Position numbers and translations under genes: made by a program. The notes beneath the pieces are model-generated. The model worked only from the letters and a program-made list of their open reading frames with translations. It did not search any database and had not been told where the DNA came from. A stretch of DNA of 64,000 bases. Source: the human T2T-CHM13v2.0 reference genome, Homo sapiens. The stretch lies in the NCBI RefSeq assembly GCF_009914755.1, contig NC_060925.1. The stretch is one strand, 5' to 3'. Of the stretch, positions 29,991-44,472 are shown piece after piece; positions within the stretch are counted from its first letter, which is position 1; every line of letters begins with the position of its first letter.

Positions 29991-32767
29991 AAACTGGCCC
30001 ACCAAGTTCCCACTACAATGACTGGTCTCCAGGTAGAAATAGAATAGAATAGATTTCTTAGATAGAATATATTTCTTAGCACAGTCTTACCAGCAACCTG
30101 TCATTGAGAACCAACTCAAATAAAGGCAGTCTTCTTTTGGCCTGTTAGAGACTGAGGACCACAACACCTCCTCCAGATTGGGTATATCATCAGTTGGTTG
30201 AGTGGCCACCAGAAAAGTTCTGAGCTACTCCTCTTCACCTGTCTTCCGTGCTTCTTCCAGAGAAGCCTCAAGAACTGGGTCCTCCCCAAATGAATACATT
30301 AAGAGATTGTCCTTTCTTCCTTTAGATGTACTATGCCACAGTCACCTCAAGCCCCACAGTCCCAGGCTAACCAAGAGAGACTCTCTCAGAAATCTCTAGA
30401 CTAAGAAATAGGCACAGTCTCTATATTCATATTTGCCCAAACTCCAGGGGACACAAAAGCCAAGCTCTCCCCAAAATTTCATTACCATACTTGCAGCTCC
30501 AGCGCAGACCTACTGGTTCTGCAGCTCAGCAAGAATTCATCCAAGAAATAAGATGCTCCCTCCCAATTTTTGCAGGCTTACCGATATTAACTCTTAGAAC
30601 AAGCACACCTTTATCTGTATGTGTGTGTGCACACGCACACACTCATGCACATGCATACTTTACATTAGAGCAACTCTGCCTCCCAAGACTGCTTTCACTC
30701 CCCAGTAATTTTGTCTCTGAAGAATCCCACCCCTCCAGTATCCTCAAGCCCCAAATCCCTAAAGGAAAAAAAGGACAAGCCCTTATCATATCCAGCTGGA
30801 GAGGACCCAGTTCTTGAGGCTCCCGAGGAAGGAACATGGAACACAATAAAGAGCAGGAGTCCAAGACTTCGCCTTGGCCACTGACCAACTGATGAGGCTG
30901 AGTTGGTGGCTCTCTTTAGAGTGCGGAGAACTAAGTGCCTCTGGGCCTCACATCTGTACTTTATTCTGGGACAAGAGGAAAACTCTCACTCAGCAACCAC
31001 CGTGTTACACCTCGGATCCTGTTACACTGAGTTTAACCCAGGAGACCAGCCAGGTGAAGTCCCTCATGACGGCTGTGGGGCAGCCTAGAGAGTGATCTGT
31101 CCCGAGTGGAGCAGAGGAAAGAGGGTTCTAGGAGAGAGGTCTCTGGGAACAAAATGGTGACAGGGGAGGGACTGGAATTATTTAAAGATAAGTTTGCCGA
31201 ATATGATGCAGTGTATTTGGGAAATAAATTATGTGTTTAAAACTAACTCTACAAACTTTTCAAAAATAAATTTGCCATAAGTTGGATATGATCTAGGAGG
31301 AGGTAAGTAAAGGGGGGCCCAATATACCAGTGGAACTCATGCCTTTCACTCCCCCTTCAGCGTGGGCCTAGTTTTACCTCGATAAGGGAGTGCCCGGCCA
31401 TCACTTGGTTTTATCATTGTTAGCATTATTCCTTTTGCTGCACTGTGCTCCCAGAATAAAAGGAAATAGAAGATAACCTTGGAATGGTTTTTTGGTGTTG
31501 GGGTGGGGTGGGGCGGGGGAGTTGTTCATTTTGTTGTTGTTTTTTGCTCTGCAAAATAATACAAATCAATTTAAAACAGAATGATGCATAACTAAGAATT
31601 CATTCTCATCTTAGCAAAGTCAGCAACTCCTCTTAGTACATCTGTGGGAAGGAAAATTTTACTCAAGGGAACTTGAGACCTTTTGCAAGGAAAGAAATCA
31701 AGACCCTATCCCCTTTTCTCTGAGATTTGGAGTTAGGGAGCTTGGGCTGTGTGTATTTAGGCTGGTCACAGTGAAAGTCAATGAGTTTTCTGAAGTAAAG
31801 TTATTACGACAGCATAAAGAGGGGACCAATGCTCAGCACTGAGCCCCAGAACTGAGCCAAGGGAGAGAAAACTATGATTTTTTGAGTCCATGAGGCAGTG
31901 TATGGTGGAACCTACCCTAATCCAGCCCACCTGAGGGTAAATAGGCACTCAAGAGAAGTCACTGCATGTTATTTCAAAGATTTGATTACTGAAGTCTAAT
32001 CTGTAGAGACCCAGGCTTACTGCAACAGAAAGTCCATAAGTAATAAATTCCAGAATCCAAACTGAACCCGCTCTCCTGGATAGATTTGAATAGATTCAAA
32101 TCCTGGAAAACTGGTTGGGGGAAGAAATAAAAAGAGCAATGAGTCTCACGTTATGGTCAGTTTGGATAGACCCTTTTTTACTAAGAGTAACACCAAGAAA
32201 ACATGATTGCCTATCCTTAAAAATCACCTACTGTGGGTGCTCCAGCCTCCTTGACAGGGGATTTCATCCCAGTTATGCAGGAAAGACACTCCAAACTGAG
32301 GACGAGGAGTCTCCAGTGTAGACACTTCAACAAGAAAGAATCAAGGCAGTCTAGATCAATCACACCATCACTCTTACTTGCTCCTAAGTACTGTTAATAA
32401 CTACACAGGTTTCCTGGAAAAACAAAAGGAGGGCATTGAGGGAAATAGATCAGAACTGCTGCCAGTGTAGGCTTGTAGATTCCAGTGGTCTGTGTCCTGT
32501 AGCACTAAGTGGAATTATTTCCACTTCAAACTATAAAAGTGTTCACCTCAAGTATTTTGTTTTACATATTAGGGTTTGAAAAGAGAGTTTCACAACTAAA
32601 AATAACTCAGCCAACATAGTGTTCTTCCACACCCTCAGGCAGCCTCCATCATTTGATACAGCTGTCTGTTCAAGTCTGCCAACAGGACAGTTAAAAATAG
32701 ATGGCCAGTCTCCTTTAAGGGTGTTGCGTAATTGACTTATATAGTTTTCCATATTCATTTTTCTAGA

Positions 32768-33350
32768 TTAGTTGTCTCTAAACATTTTTGCTTGTGCTCC
32801 CTTAAAAGACATTGGAAAAATTTATGTATCCTTCGGCAAAAAAAGTTGACCACTTAATATTTTTAATATGTTTAGATAATTGAAAAGTTTATTTGTCCAT
32901 GGGTTAATATTACCTTATGGCTAAAATCAGTCAGGATTTAGCTATTCCTGTTTTTCATTTATACCTATAGCACTAAAAAACCTTGTTCTTATACATAAGT
33001 AAATGAGATTGGAAATTCTGTTAGCAATGTCAATCAATTCTTTAAACCTTTCAAGTTAAATGCCGAATAACATATAGTGATCAATTGTCAAAGATTATTT
33101 TTAATGATCTATTTAGATGACAATCTATTTAGGGCCAGCTTAAACTTTGATAAAAGCAATGAATTAGAAACCATCTGACTTACAAATGTGTTTATTACTC
33201 TGTCATTTGAATCATTCATTTTCAGAGTTTCTAGGAAGTATATGAGAAAGATTATATCAGGACTTACCAAATGACTATTAGTTTGTCTTTCACCTTGTTA
33301 TGGCACTAAAATCAGATGAAACTGGTATAAGTATAATATCTTGAATTAGA
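32768..33350. mobile_element. hAT-Charlie DNA transposon remnant
   Basis: Degenerate TIR tagttgtctctaaacatttttg and AT-rich transposase-like sequence. Confidence 0.45.
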
Positions 33351-33364
33351 AATTGTATGTTTTT

Positions 33365-33679
<315 letters not shown>

Positions 33680-33920
33680 AAATTGTACATTTTTGTATTT
33701 TTCCTATTGAGTGTGAACAAAGACTACATATATTTTGCATCTGATAATTAATATCTGTGAGTGGGGAATTAATCTTAACTTAATAAAACTGGTTTTCTAA
33801 AGTTTAGGGCACTATATCATAGGTTATATTTTTTGATATTTTGTTCCACATCTCATATATATTAGTGTAGATCCTGTTTTTAAGAGCATGATATCATGAA
33901 AAGCTATGATAAGAGAAACA

Positions 33921-34202
33921 GGCCAGACTCAGTGGCTCACACACCTGTAATCCCAGCACTTTGGGGGGCCAAGGCAGGTGTGTTGCTTGAGCCTAAGAGT
34001 TCAAGACCAGCCTAGGCAATAGAGTAAGACCCCCATCTCTATAAAAAACAGAAAAAAATTAGCCAAGCATGGTGGCACACACCTGTAGTCTCAGCTACTT
34101 ACATGGCTAAGGCAGGAGGATGGCTTGGGCCCAGAAAGTTGAGGCTGCAGTGAGCGGTGATTACGCCATCGCACTCCAGCCTCAGTGACAGAGTGAGACT
34201 GT
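33921..34202 (+). mobile_element. AluJ
   Basis: Alu body; tail expanded into GAAA/GAAAA. Confidence 0.93.
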
Positions 34203-34316
34203 GAAAGAAAGAAAGAAGGAAAGAAAGAAAGAAAGAAAGAAAGAAGGAAAGAAAGAAAGAGAAAAGAAAAGAAAAGAAAAGAAAAGAAAAGAAAAGAAAA
34301 GAAAAGAAAAGAAAAA
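34203..34316. repeat. (GAAA)n(GAAAA)n polypurine tract
   Basis: Direct read. Confidence 0.95.
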
Positions 34317-34356
34317 CAGATAACAAGAAAGAGCAACAGAGAAAAGGTATCAGGAC

Positions 34357-34810
34357 CAGGGATGGATTTGGGTTTTTTCAGCTTGAAGCCTATATAATTT
34401 GAGGTGCAGACCTCTTACAGAAAAATAATACAACATTATGAATAAAAAATTAGGTATGTTTTCTCAGGAGAAACCAGTGGGAAAAAAAGGAAAAAATTTA
34501 GTAGAAAGTAAATATTTAATAGGAGAACAAAATCTCAACAAATGACAGAATTTTAAAAGATCAATTCTACAAACATCATATAACTCAGAAAAATTATATA
34601 ACAATGATGTTCATTAATATGTCTATGACACTTCTATAGTTTTTGGCTAGATACTTTTAATCACCACTTCAAATGGTAATGACTTTCTACATCATTTTCT
34701 CTGAGAAAAATAGAAAGCTAATTGAGACTTTTCTTCTGCATAGGTGATGTATTTTCATTTTATTATTGATAGTTTAGACAAGCTTCTGTTTCGTCATTAT
34801 TGGTAACTAG
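34357..34810. mobile_element. hAT-Tip100 element (MER96B-like)
   Basis: cagggatggatttgggtttt...tgaagcctatataatttg...aaaattaggta. Confidence 0.55.
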
Positions 34811-35240
34811 TGGTTAAGCCACATCTGTCATTTCCTCCCAGTTTTTAGTCAGGAAGTGCTTTTTGCCAGAGCCACTCTCAGAGACTCCAGCCCATTGATT
34901 GACAAGGCTACTGTTACGGTACCTGGGCCAGCCCTGCCAAGTCCTTCCTGTCCCCCTTTCTCATCCACCTAAGTGAGTGTTGCTCTGATAAAACTCTCTG
35001 AAGTGTAACTCATGTTTGGTAATAGTGGGAGTATGACAGGTGACGTGGTCAGGCAAAAACTATCATCACTCCAACTGTATCATACTAGTGAATTCAGTTA
35101 TCCCCCAAAGTATGAAATTACCCCATTTCTAATATTATGTCTCATCCTTAACAGACATTCATTTCAGTCATGGAAAGACAATGGCCTAGAAGGGTATATG
35201 TGCTATGATTAAAAGAGGCTTCTTCAACACCACTATTTTA

Positions 35241-35633
<393 letters not shown>

Positions 35634-36500
35634 TCATTTGATAAGTAGGAGAATGGTAACTATGAAAAAGAATTTGGGTAAGGGGAAAGGAGAAACAACA
35701 TTAATGTGTGTTCTCTAGTTCTCTTATTCTCTAAGCCAATAATACTTTTCTCTGTACTGAGCCTACGTCAATACAGCTACTTGTGTTATTCAAATCTTCT
35801 ATAGCTTTCATACATTTCCTCTGCTTAACCTACCTTGAACTATTCCACTGTGACTGTGGATTTGTCCATTTCTCTCTGCAGTTCTATTTATATAATTTTT
35901 GGTTTGTAAATATTGAGGATATTTTATTATGTAATCAAGTTTAGAACTGTTATATATTTCTGGTGAATTGAATCTTATCATAGTACTTATCTCATTACAT
36001 TGTAATTATTAGTTTATTTGTATGTTTCACCCATTAGAGTGCTGGCTTATTGCTTATTGAGGAAGGGCTGATGTTTGACTCACTGGTGAATACCTTAGTA
36101 CCACTAGTACAGATCAGGCTCTCATTAACTCCTGACTATTAATATAGCCCCCTAACCAGACCAGTACTAAGCTGCCAATTTCACCCACTTGAAGGCCCTG
36201 TCAGATTAAATCTTCCTAGAAAGTAATTCTGATCATAGCACTCTTTTTAAAAATAGTAGTTTCCTGTTGTTCACAGAATAAAATACAAACTCCACAGCTT
36301 ATCATTCAACTTCCTCAAAGACTTGAAATCACCCTATTTTTCACTCACTTTCTTCTCACATCCTAGGAGGTCAATCAAACTGAAATCCCCACTAACCCCA
36401 CACAGATCCTGCATTCCTTCTGCTGTCCCCATATAATATCCAAATCCTAGTATAATTTTCCATCCCACTCTGCATGTCCAAACCCTTCAGAGCCAGTCTT

Positions 36501-39151
36501 TTTTTTTTTAAACTACTTTAATTTTTTTTTCTTTCTTTTTCAGTTACATACTTTTAAACAGGGATGTGTTTCATTATTCATTCAGGCAATGTTGACTTCA
36601 TTAGTGTTGACAGAAAATAAGCATAAAAATGCAAAACATTGTTGGCTTAACCTGAATATACCTGCATTACCTATTATTAACCAGTTTGTGTTGCCAAAAG
36701 ACTTATTCCTTGGCATTAAAATGGAGCACTTAAAAATATTTCTAAAAAGCAAATGCCTACACGCTGGTCTTTGCAGCAAATAAGGGTATTTATACTTTTA
36801 AAATATTTTAAGTCCATAATTGGATTAATATACACACCTTCTTATGTATAAGGAGTTCAGATCATATAAACACCGTACAATCCAAAAAACCCTACTGAGA
36901 ATAAAACTAAATAGGCTTATGATAAGAAATACAGATATTCGCATGTATTTACAAATATCATAGACACACAAATTTGGTCAAATACTGTAAAGAAAGAAGT
37001 ACCTGTACCTCTACCTCTACCTCTACCTCCTCTACCTCCTCTACCTCCTCTACCTCCTCTTCCTCTACCTCTACCTCTACCTCTACCCACGGTCTCCCTT
37101 TCCCTCTCTTTCCACGGTCTCCCTCTGATGCGGAGCCGAAGCTGGACTGTACTGCTGCCATCTCGGCTCACTGCAACCTCCCTGCCTGATTCTCCTGCCT
37201 CAGCCTGCCGAGTGCCTGCGATTGCAGGCGCGCGCCGCCACGCCTGACTGGTTTTCGTATTTTTTTGGTGGAGACGGGGTTTCGCTGTGTTGGCCGGGCT
37301 GGTCTCCAGCTCCTAACCTCGAGTGATCCGCCAGCCTCGGCCTCCCGAGGTGCCGGGATTGCAGAGGAGTCTCATTCACTCAGTGCTCAATGGTGCCCAG
37401 GCTGGAGTGCAGTGGCGTGATCTCGGCTCGCTAAAACCTCCACCTCCCAGCAGCCTGCCTTGGCCTCCCAAAGTGCCGAGATTGCAGCCTCCGCCCGGCT
37501 GCCACCCCGTCTGGGAAGTGAGGAGCATCTCTGCCTGGCCGCCCATCGTCTGGGATGTGAGGAGCCCCTCTGCCTGGCTGCCCAGTCTGGGAAGTGAGGA
37601 GCGCCTCTTCCCGGCCGCCATCCCATCTAGGAAGTGAGGAGCGTCTCTGCCCAGCCGCCCATCGTCTGAGATGTGGGGAGCGCCTCTGCCCCGCCGCCCC
37701 GTCTGGGATGTGAGGAGCGCCTCTGCCCGGCCGCGACTCTGTCTGGGAGGTGAGGAGCGTCTCTGCCTGGCCACCCTGTCTGAGAAGTGAGGAGCCCCTC
37801 CGCCCGGCAGCCACCCCATCTGAGAAGTGAGGAGCCCCTCCGCCCGGCAGCCATCCCATCTGGGAAGTGAGGAGCATCTCCGCCCGGCAGCCACCCCGTC
37901 CGGGAGGGAGGTGGGGGTCAGCCCCCACCCGGCCAGCCGCCCCGTCCGGGAGGGAGGTGGGGGGTCAGCCTCCGCCCGGCCAGCCGCCCCGTCTGGGAGG
38001 TGGGGGGCGCCTCTGCCCGGCCGCCCCTTCTGGGAAGTGAGGAGCCCCTCTGCCCGGCCACCACTCCGTCTGGGAGGTGTACCCAACAGCTCATTGAGAA
38101 CGGGCCATGATGACAATGGCGGTTTTGTGGAATAGAAAAGGGGGAAAGGTGGGGAAAAGATTGAGAAATCGGATGGTTGCTTTGTCTGTGTAGAAAGAAG
38201 TAGACATGGGAGACTTTTCATTTTGTTCTGTACTAAGAAAAATTCTTCTGCCTTGAGATCCTGTTGATCTATGACCTTACCCCCAACCCTGTGCTCTCTG
38301 AAACATGTGCTGTGTTCACTCAGGGTTAAATGGATTAAGGGCGGTGCAAGATGTGCTTTGTTAAACAGATGCTTGAAGGCAGCATGCTCGTTAAGAGTCA
38401 TCACCACTCCCTAATCTCCATTACCCAGGGACACAAACACTGTGGAAGGCCGCAGGGTCCTCTGCCTAGGAAAACCAGAGACCTCTGTTCACTTGTTTAT
38501 CTGCTGACCTTCCCTCGACTATTGTCCTGTGACCCTGCCAAATCCCCCTCTGCGAGAAACACCCAAGAATGATCAATTAAAAAAAAAAAAAAAGAAGTGG
38601 TTTCACATTATAATGGCCAAAACATTCATCTATCTTGCTCAAAGCAAATAAAAATGTAAACTCAGTATGTAACTCCTGCAGTTTAAGACATCATGATAGT
38701 ATACAGATAGATAGAAACTGCTGACCAAATTATACAGCAAATGTTTTGTAGGTTAAGTGTAGGTCTTTAAAATTAAAAAAAAAGATCATTCATAGGATTC
38801 ATAGCAACAATGATAAACAATGTCCTGATTTGTGGTGTTCATGTGGGTGCCTAATTCATCAAAAAAAATGCACGAAACTTTTGGCTAATAAGAAAAATAA
38901 ATTACAAAGTACAATTAAATCCCTGTAAATGCAATAATGAAGTAAAAAAATGTAGATTAATATACATCTTAAATGTTACCTTGAGACAATAAAAATAAAT
39001 AAGCATGCCTGGAGGCACACACTTAAAGACAACGAAGAGACTGCATGGAAGGAATAAGTAACAATTTTATATATGAAAGATGAATATGAGATTTGTTCAA
39101 AATAATTATCTTTCTAGCCAGTCTTTGTTTTAACCCTTCTTGAAAATTCTG
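36501..39151 (-). pseudogene. Processed retrocopy of an mRNA 3'UTR (parent not identified), interrupted by SVA
   Basis: Poly-T 36501-36540; 13-bp TSD cagagccagtctt (36488-36500, 39152-39164) with TT/AAGA endonuclease site; about 1 kb AT-rich non-repeat sequence with no ORF. Confidence 0.85.
37001..38590 (+). mobile_element. SVA (C/D-like), full structure
   Basis: Hexamer 37001-37087, Alu-like ~37088-37490, VNTR ~37490-38080, SINE-R ~38080-38580, A-tail; TSD aaagaagt (36993-37000, 38591-38598). Confidence 0.97.
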
Positions 39152-39235
39152 CAGAGCCAGTCTTAAAAGTCTCCTCCTTTGAAAGCTTTTGGCATTTTCA
39201 CCCAAATTAAAATATTCTCTCCTTCTTTTGAATAG

Positions 39236-39591
39236 TGTTATGGGCTGAATGTGTCCTCTCCAAAAATGCTATGTTGACCGTATTCAGAGACAGGGCCTGT
39301 GAGGAAGTGATAAATGTTAAATGAGGTCATAAGGATGGGGCTCTAATCAGACAGGTCTGGTGTCCTTATAAGAAAAGAAAGAAACGCTAGACTTACCTCT
39401 CTCTGACATGTGATGACACAGTGAGAAAGCAGCCATCTGCAAGCCAGGAAGTCAGCCCTTGCTAGCAATCAAATTGGCTGGCAGCTCGATCTTGGACTTC
39501 CCAGCCTCCAGAACCATGAGAAATAATTTTTTGTTGTTTAAGCCACAAAGTCTGTAGTATTTTGTTATGGTAGCCTTAGCTGACTAATACA
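39236..39591 (+). mobile_element. MLT1A-like solo LTR
   Basis: TGTTATGGGCTGAATG...GACTAATACA; TSD aatag/aatgg. Confidence 0.9.
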
Positions 39592-39683
39592 AATGGTAAT
39601 ATAGTACTGTTTTGTCAATATTTCTTCAAGGCTTTAGATCTGGCAAGGTATTTGTCAAATTATTAATGTCAAAAAATTCTTGC

Positions 39684-39990
39684 AGCCAGGTGCGGTGGCT
39701 CACGCCTATAATCCCAACACTTTGCGAAGCCGAAGCAGGTGGATCATTTGAGCTCAGGAGTTTGGGACCAGCCTGGGAAAATGGTGAAAATCCATCTCTA
39801 CCAAAAATATGAAAATTAGCAAAGCATGGTGGTGTGTGCCTGTGGTCCCAGCTACTCAGGGCAGCTGAGGTGGAAGGATTGCTGGAGCCCCAGAAGTCAA
39901 GGCTGCAGTGAGCCATGATCATGCCACTGCACTCCGGCCTGGGTGACAGGCCAAGACCCCATCTCATAAATAAATAAATATATACAAAAA
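39684..39990 (+). mobile_element. AluJ
   Basis: Alu body, AAAT tail. Confidence 0.92.
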
Positions 39991-40775
39991 TAATTCTTAA
40001 CAATTCAAAGAACCTAGTAACCTCAGTGCCAGAAAAATATTCTTATGTGCATATTTGCAGAGTCAGGTTTTCTTGTCAGATTAATATTTATTTGGTATCA
40101 TGTCATCATAAAATTGAGTTATTGAGAGTTTACAAGATCTTTTGTAATATATTGTTTTATTTACTTATTTCCCCCTCTTAAGTATACACTCATCTGATAT
40201 TTTCAAAGCTAAAATGATTCATTGTTATATAATCCTGAACTTCCAAGATGAAGATGTTTGTTTTTATTGTCTGTTATGAAAAAATTGTGTCTACTTTTTA
40301 TGTACTTAATTCACGAATTTAAATTTGAATATATTCTTCCAATCCGTAATAGTTTAACTCAAAGACTCTGACTTCACTCATTCTCTTTTAATTAACTCAA
40401 CCAACATAAAATATTGTTTGAATTCTCCTAGAGTTAGGAAATCTCCTATTTCCTAGCATAGTCTTTACAAATAAAAATAGTGACTATATCTACATTCAGA
40501 ATGTCTGTCCTGGAAAGAAATGAAATATAAGAAAAAAAATAGTGACTATAGCAAGGTTGTACAACTAAAAATAGTATAGTAGAATCATTTTTTAAATTAT
40601 TTTCAAAGGGCAGAAGAAGAGAATACCAGCATTTAAATGTCAGTTGGGAGTGGATAAACCTACAAATGAAATTTTTGTAAGAGAGAGAGAGAACAATCCA
40701 AGAGGTAAGAGGAAAATTAAGAGTATGTTGTCATTGGAGGTAAGTGAAAATGTTTCAAGAAAGAAGAGGTTGTGG

Positions 40776-41417
<642 letters not shown>

Positions 41418-41432
41418 TTACAAAAGACTGAG

Positions 41433-41655
41433 CAATGGTTCTCAACCAGGGGTGATTTTGCCCTGCAGGGGTCATTTGGCAATGCCTGAAGACATTATTG
41501 GTTGTCACTACTGGGGAGAGAGGACTGCTACTGGTATGGAGTGGATAAAGTCCAGGGGTGCTGCTACGTACACTGAAATGCACAGGATGGTACCCCACAC
41601 AAAAATAGAATTCCCCAGCCTAAAATGCCAATAGTGCTGAGGTCAAGAAATCCTG
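41433..41655. mobile_element. MER20
   Basis: CAATGGTTCTCAACCAGGGGTGATTTTGCCC...AATAGTGCTGAGGTCAAGAAATCCTG. Confidence 0.92.
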
Positions 41656-43668
41656 ACATAGAGTGAAATAGGCAAAAATTAGAGTAGAGAGAGTTGAGAC
41701 GTGAGTAGAGACAGAAACAGAAACAGCAAGTGTAGACAACTTTTGAAAAGGTTGCCTGTAAAGAGGAAGAACTCAGGCATTAGCTAGAAGGGAATGAGGG
41801 AATGAAGTGAGAATTTTCTTTTTCTTTCTTTCTCTTAATTGGGAGAAAATTGAGCCTGTTTTTTAAAGTGGCAATTGAGGGAGAGTTTGAATATAGAGAT
41901 TAAAGATAATCTATAACGTTAGGCCCCAAGGCAAAATATGAATACAGCTAGTGACTGCAATCCATGTTAGAAGTATGCAAGCTGAAATACAGAGCAGTTA
42001 AATGAACTGTCCCAACACTAATTAATAACAGGGTACTCAGGGTCCAAGGCAGGACAAAGCTTTGATTATCACCAGTAAAAGTGTTTTGCAAGATGCGTCT
42101 CTTTGTGATGGCCACCTGAGGTTCACCAGAGCTCAGGATGAATTTTACAATATCACATTATAAAGTTTAAGAAATAGGCGAACTCAAGGGGTCAGCAACA
42201 AAATAATTCACAGGTCCTTTGATTCTCCCACTGTTCCCATGAAGCAGTATGCAGGGGCCAGGATCATCTGATGGAGACTCAGTCTAGTATTCCAGGGAAG
42301 GGGCGCCACCCCACTGCTGCTCTCCTTTCTCACAGAGCAAGTAACTTTATCAGAAGAGATAATCAGACAACTTGAATGTTTGGCAGTCTGGGTTGGCAGT
42401 TAGCTAGTTGGAGGAGGTGACTGAAAGCTAGCTGTCCAGCACCCAAGAACAGTGGGGACCATGGGAAGTTGTAGCTCTTGCAAGAGGGTGAAATAACACC
42501 ATCAGTTTTCTTGGAAGTTGAGTTTAAGCACAGCTTCTTCAACCAGTTGAAGAATAATTCCTGGTTCTAGGTAGTCCATTGGTTCAGGTAACCAAGAGTG
42601 AGCTACGGGAGACACTTTCAGACAATGCCACTCATTGTTATGAAATTCTATATATCATTCAATAAATGACATTTAGAATAGCTTGTGCATATATTTCAGC
42701 AGACTTCTCTCATTTTATTTCTTCATCATCCTGTGCGGTTTTTAGAGAAAATGAAGAAACAAAGGATATGGCTTCAAAGTGAAGAGGATTCTTATGAAAC
42801 AAACCATAATGTTGTTGGCATTTACCAACTAAAATGGTTTAAGCTTAACTTACAGAGAATATTTCTAAATGTGACTTCTGATACATAAGCAAAAATAGTA
42901 TATATAAATACCTACATTCCAAAATGGTGACATGTTCCATGAGGGTTTTTTTTCTTTTTATAACAAAGATGGTGGGAAAAATAGAAAACAAAGCTAAAAA
43001 AACAGAAAGGAGAAAATGCCAAATAGAGAGTTTTTCCCCTTAATTGGCTTAGAGTTGTAGAATAAAATAACAGAAGACCTATGGCTAAGACACAGAAAAT
43101 ACAGCTACTGCTGGAAGAGATGAAATTTCTAAGGTCCCAACATTTCTATTACATTGTGAAAAGTCAAACAAAACAAAAAGTTGGACTTGACAGAGAAAGC
43201 TACCAAGTAGTCTTTGTCAGTCGCATTTTTTATTTAAAAGGTACTCTAAAGCTACCTAAAAATATGCAATATTGAAATTAATGGGCAACTTGCCTTTTCT
43301 GATAGAATTCAACAATAAACAGAACTTCAATATATCAATGTTCTTAAGGGAGATGCCACGGGAGGAAAAAAGAGTCGTCAGGTTGATCATAGAGCAAATG
43401 TGTCCCTTGAAAGCTAAAGGTAATGCTTTGCCTCCAAAAAATTAAAATCATCTAGGAGAAAGAGGTAAAATATACAGGCAATGCAAAAGAAAAGAAGCCC
43501 TCCTTCTCTGACATATAAGGGAGAGAGACAGCTTAGGCCACACAAAGTTATAGGTTTTAGAATGTTTAAAGTATTCAAGTGAATTGGCTATCTAATGGCT
43601 CACAGATCTGAAAAAGTAGGAAGTAAAGAATCCAAAAATGGAAGCACTTGAGGCACAATGGCATGACA

Positions 43669-43833
43669 AGTGCTTCTCAAACGTGAATGTACTTACAAAT
43701 CATCCGGAGATCTTGTTAAAATGCACACTCTGATTCAGCAGGTCTAGCACTAGGCCTGAGATTCTGCATTTCTAACAAGTTCCCAGATGACACCAATGCT
43801 GCTGGTCCTTGGGTCACACTTTGAATAGCAAAG
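43669..43833. mobile_element. MER5 family (MER5B-like)
   Basis: gtgcttctcaaac...cttgttaaaatgca...ctgcatttctaacaagttcccag...cactttgaatagca. Confidence 0.85.
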
Positions 43834-44472
43834 TACTGATGACTCCTGACTTAACATAGCATCCATGGAACCCAAGTAGGAAGTCTCCATATATTTGTTC
43901 AGCCATAGAAATGTACAGACCTTCACAAGATTAGAATACTGGTGGCATGGGAAAACAGAGTTTGCTACCTTTACCTATGAGTCATTGAATTAATTTTTGC
44001 TCATGCCAATCAAACCTATTAACATAACACTGTCATGCGAATACCTGTGCTATTTTTCAGATAGTCCTAGAAGCACTGATAAAACAGTACATGTTCATCT
44101 GACAGCGTATCATGAAAATACATGTGGAAATTATTGTAAAATGCAGTAGCACATATTTTACATAGGTAACATGTGGAAACTTTACAGTTATAAATCTGTG
44201 GACTTACTCGAGCAGAATATCTCATTTAAGTCTCAGGTAAAGTACATGCCTTGTAAGTTAAACCACGTGCTCAAGTGCCAGTAGAGCAGTTTCTTGCTCC
44301 CTGCTCACTTGTACTCCGTCCAGCAGGGAGAATTAAAGATATGTGATCAGCAGATGAAGGTCTGCCAATAAGAACCATGTCTAGGATATATTTTAAAATC
44401 TACAATTGGCCTGTTTTCCCTGTGTTTCACATTGGGGTAACATTCCCCAGCCTATTAAATAGCAGCAGTCTC

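Noticed and set aside
31620-32400. Unassigned segments (also 42030-42600, 44680-45430, 56050-56740) as novel elements
   Set aside because: They look like very old, degraded LTRs. I could not assign a family or find ORFs or structure; a Dfam search is needed.
36541-37000. SVA 5' or 3' transduction
   Set aside because: The flanking sequence has its poly(A) on the opposite strand and its own outer TSD, while the SVA has a separate inner TSD.
36917-37189. RG-repeat, poly-EV and poly-ST ORFs
   Set aside because: They are translations of the SVA hexamer repeat.
37490-38080. CRISPR-like spaced repeats
   Set aside because: This is the SVA VNTR in human DNA, with no unique spacers and no cas genes.
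37323-38572. 343-aa and other overlapping GC-rich ORFs
   Set aside because: They are stop-poor frames of the SVA VNTR, Alu-like and SINE-R regions, not genes.
40565-40574. MEF2 consensus CTAAAAATAG
   Set aside because: A single AT-rich 10-mer is expected by chance in this composition, and there is no supporting cluster.
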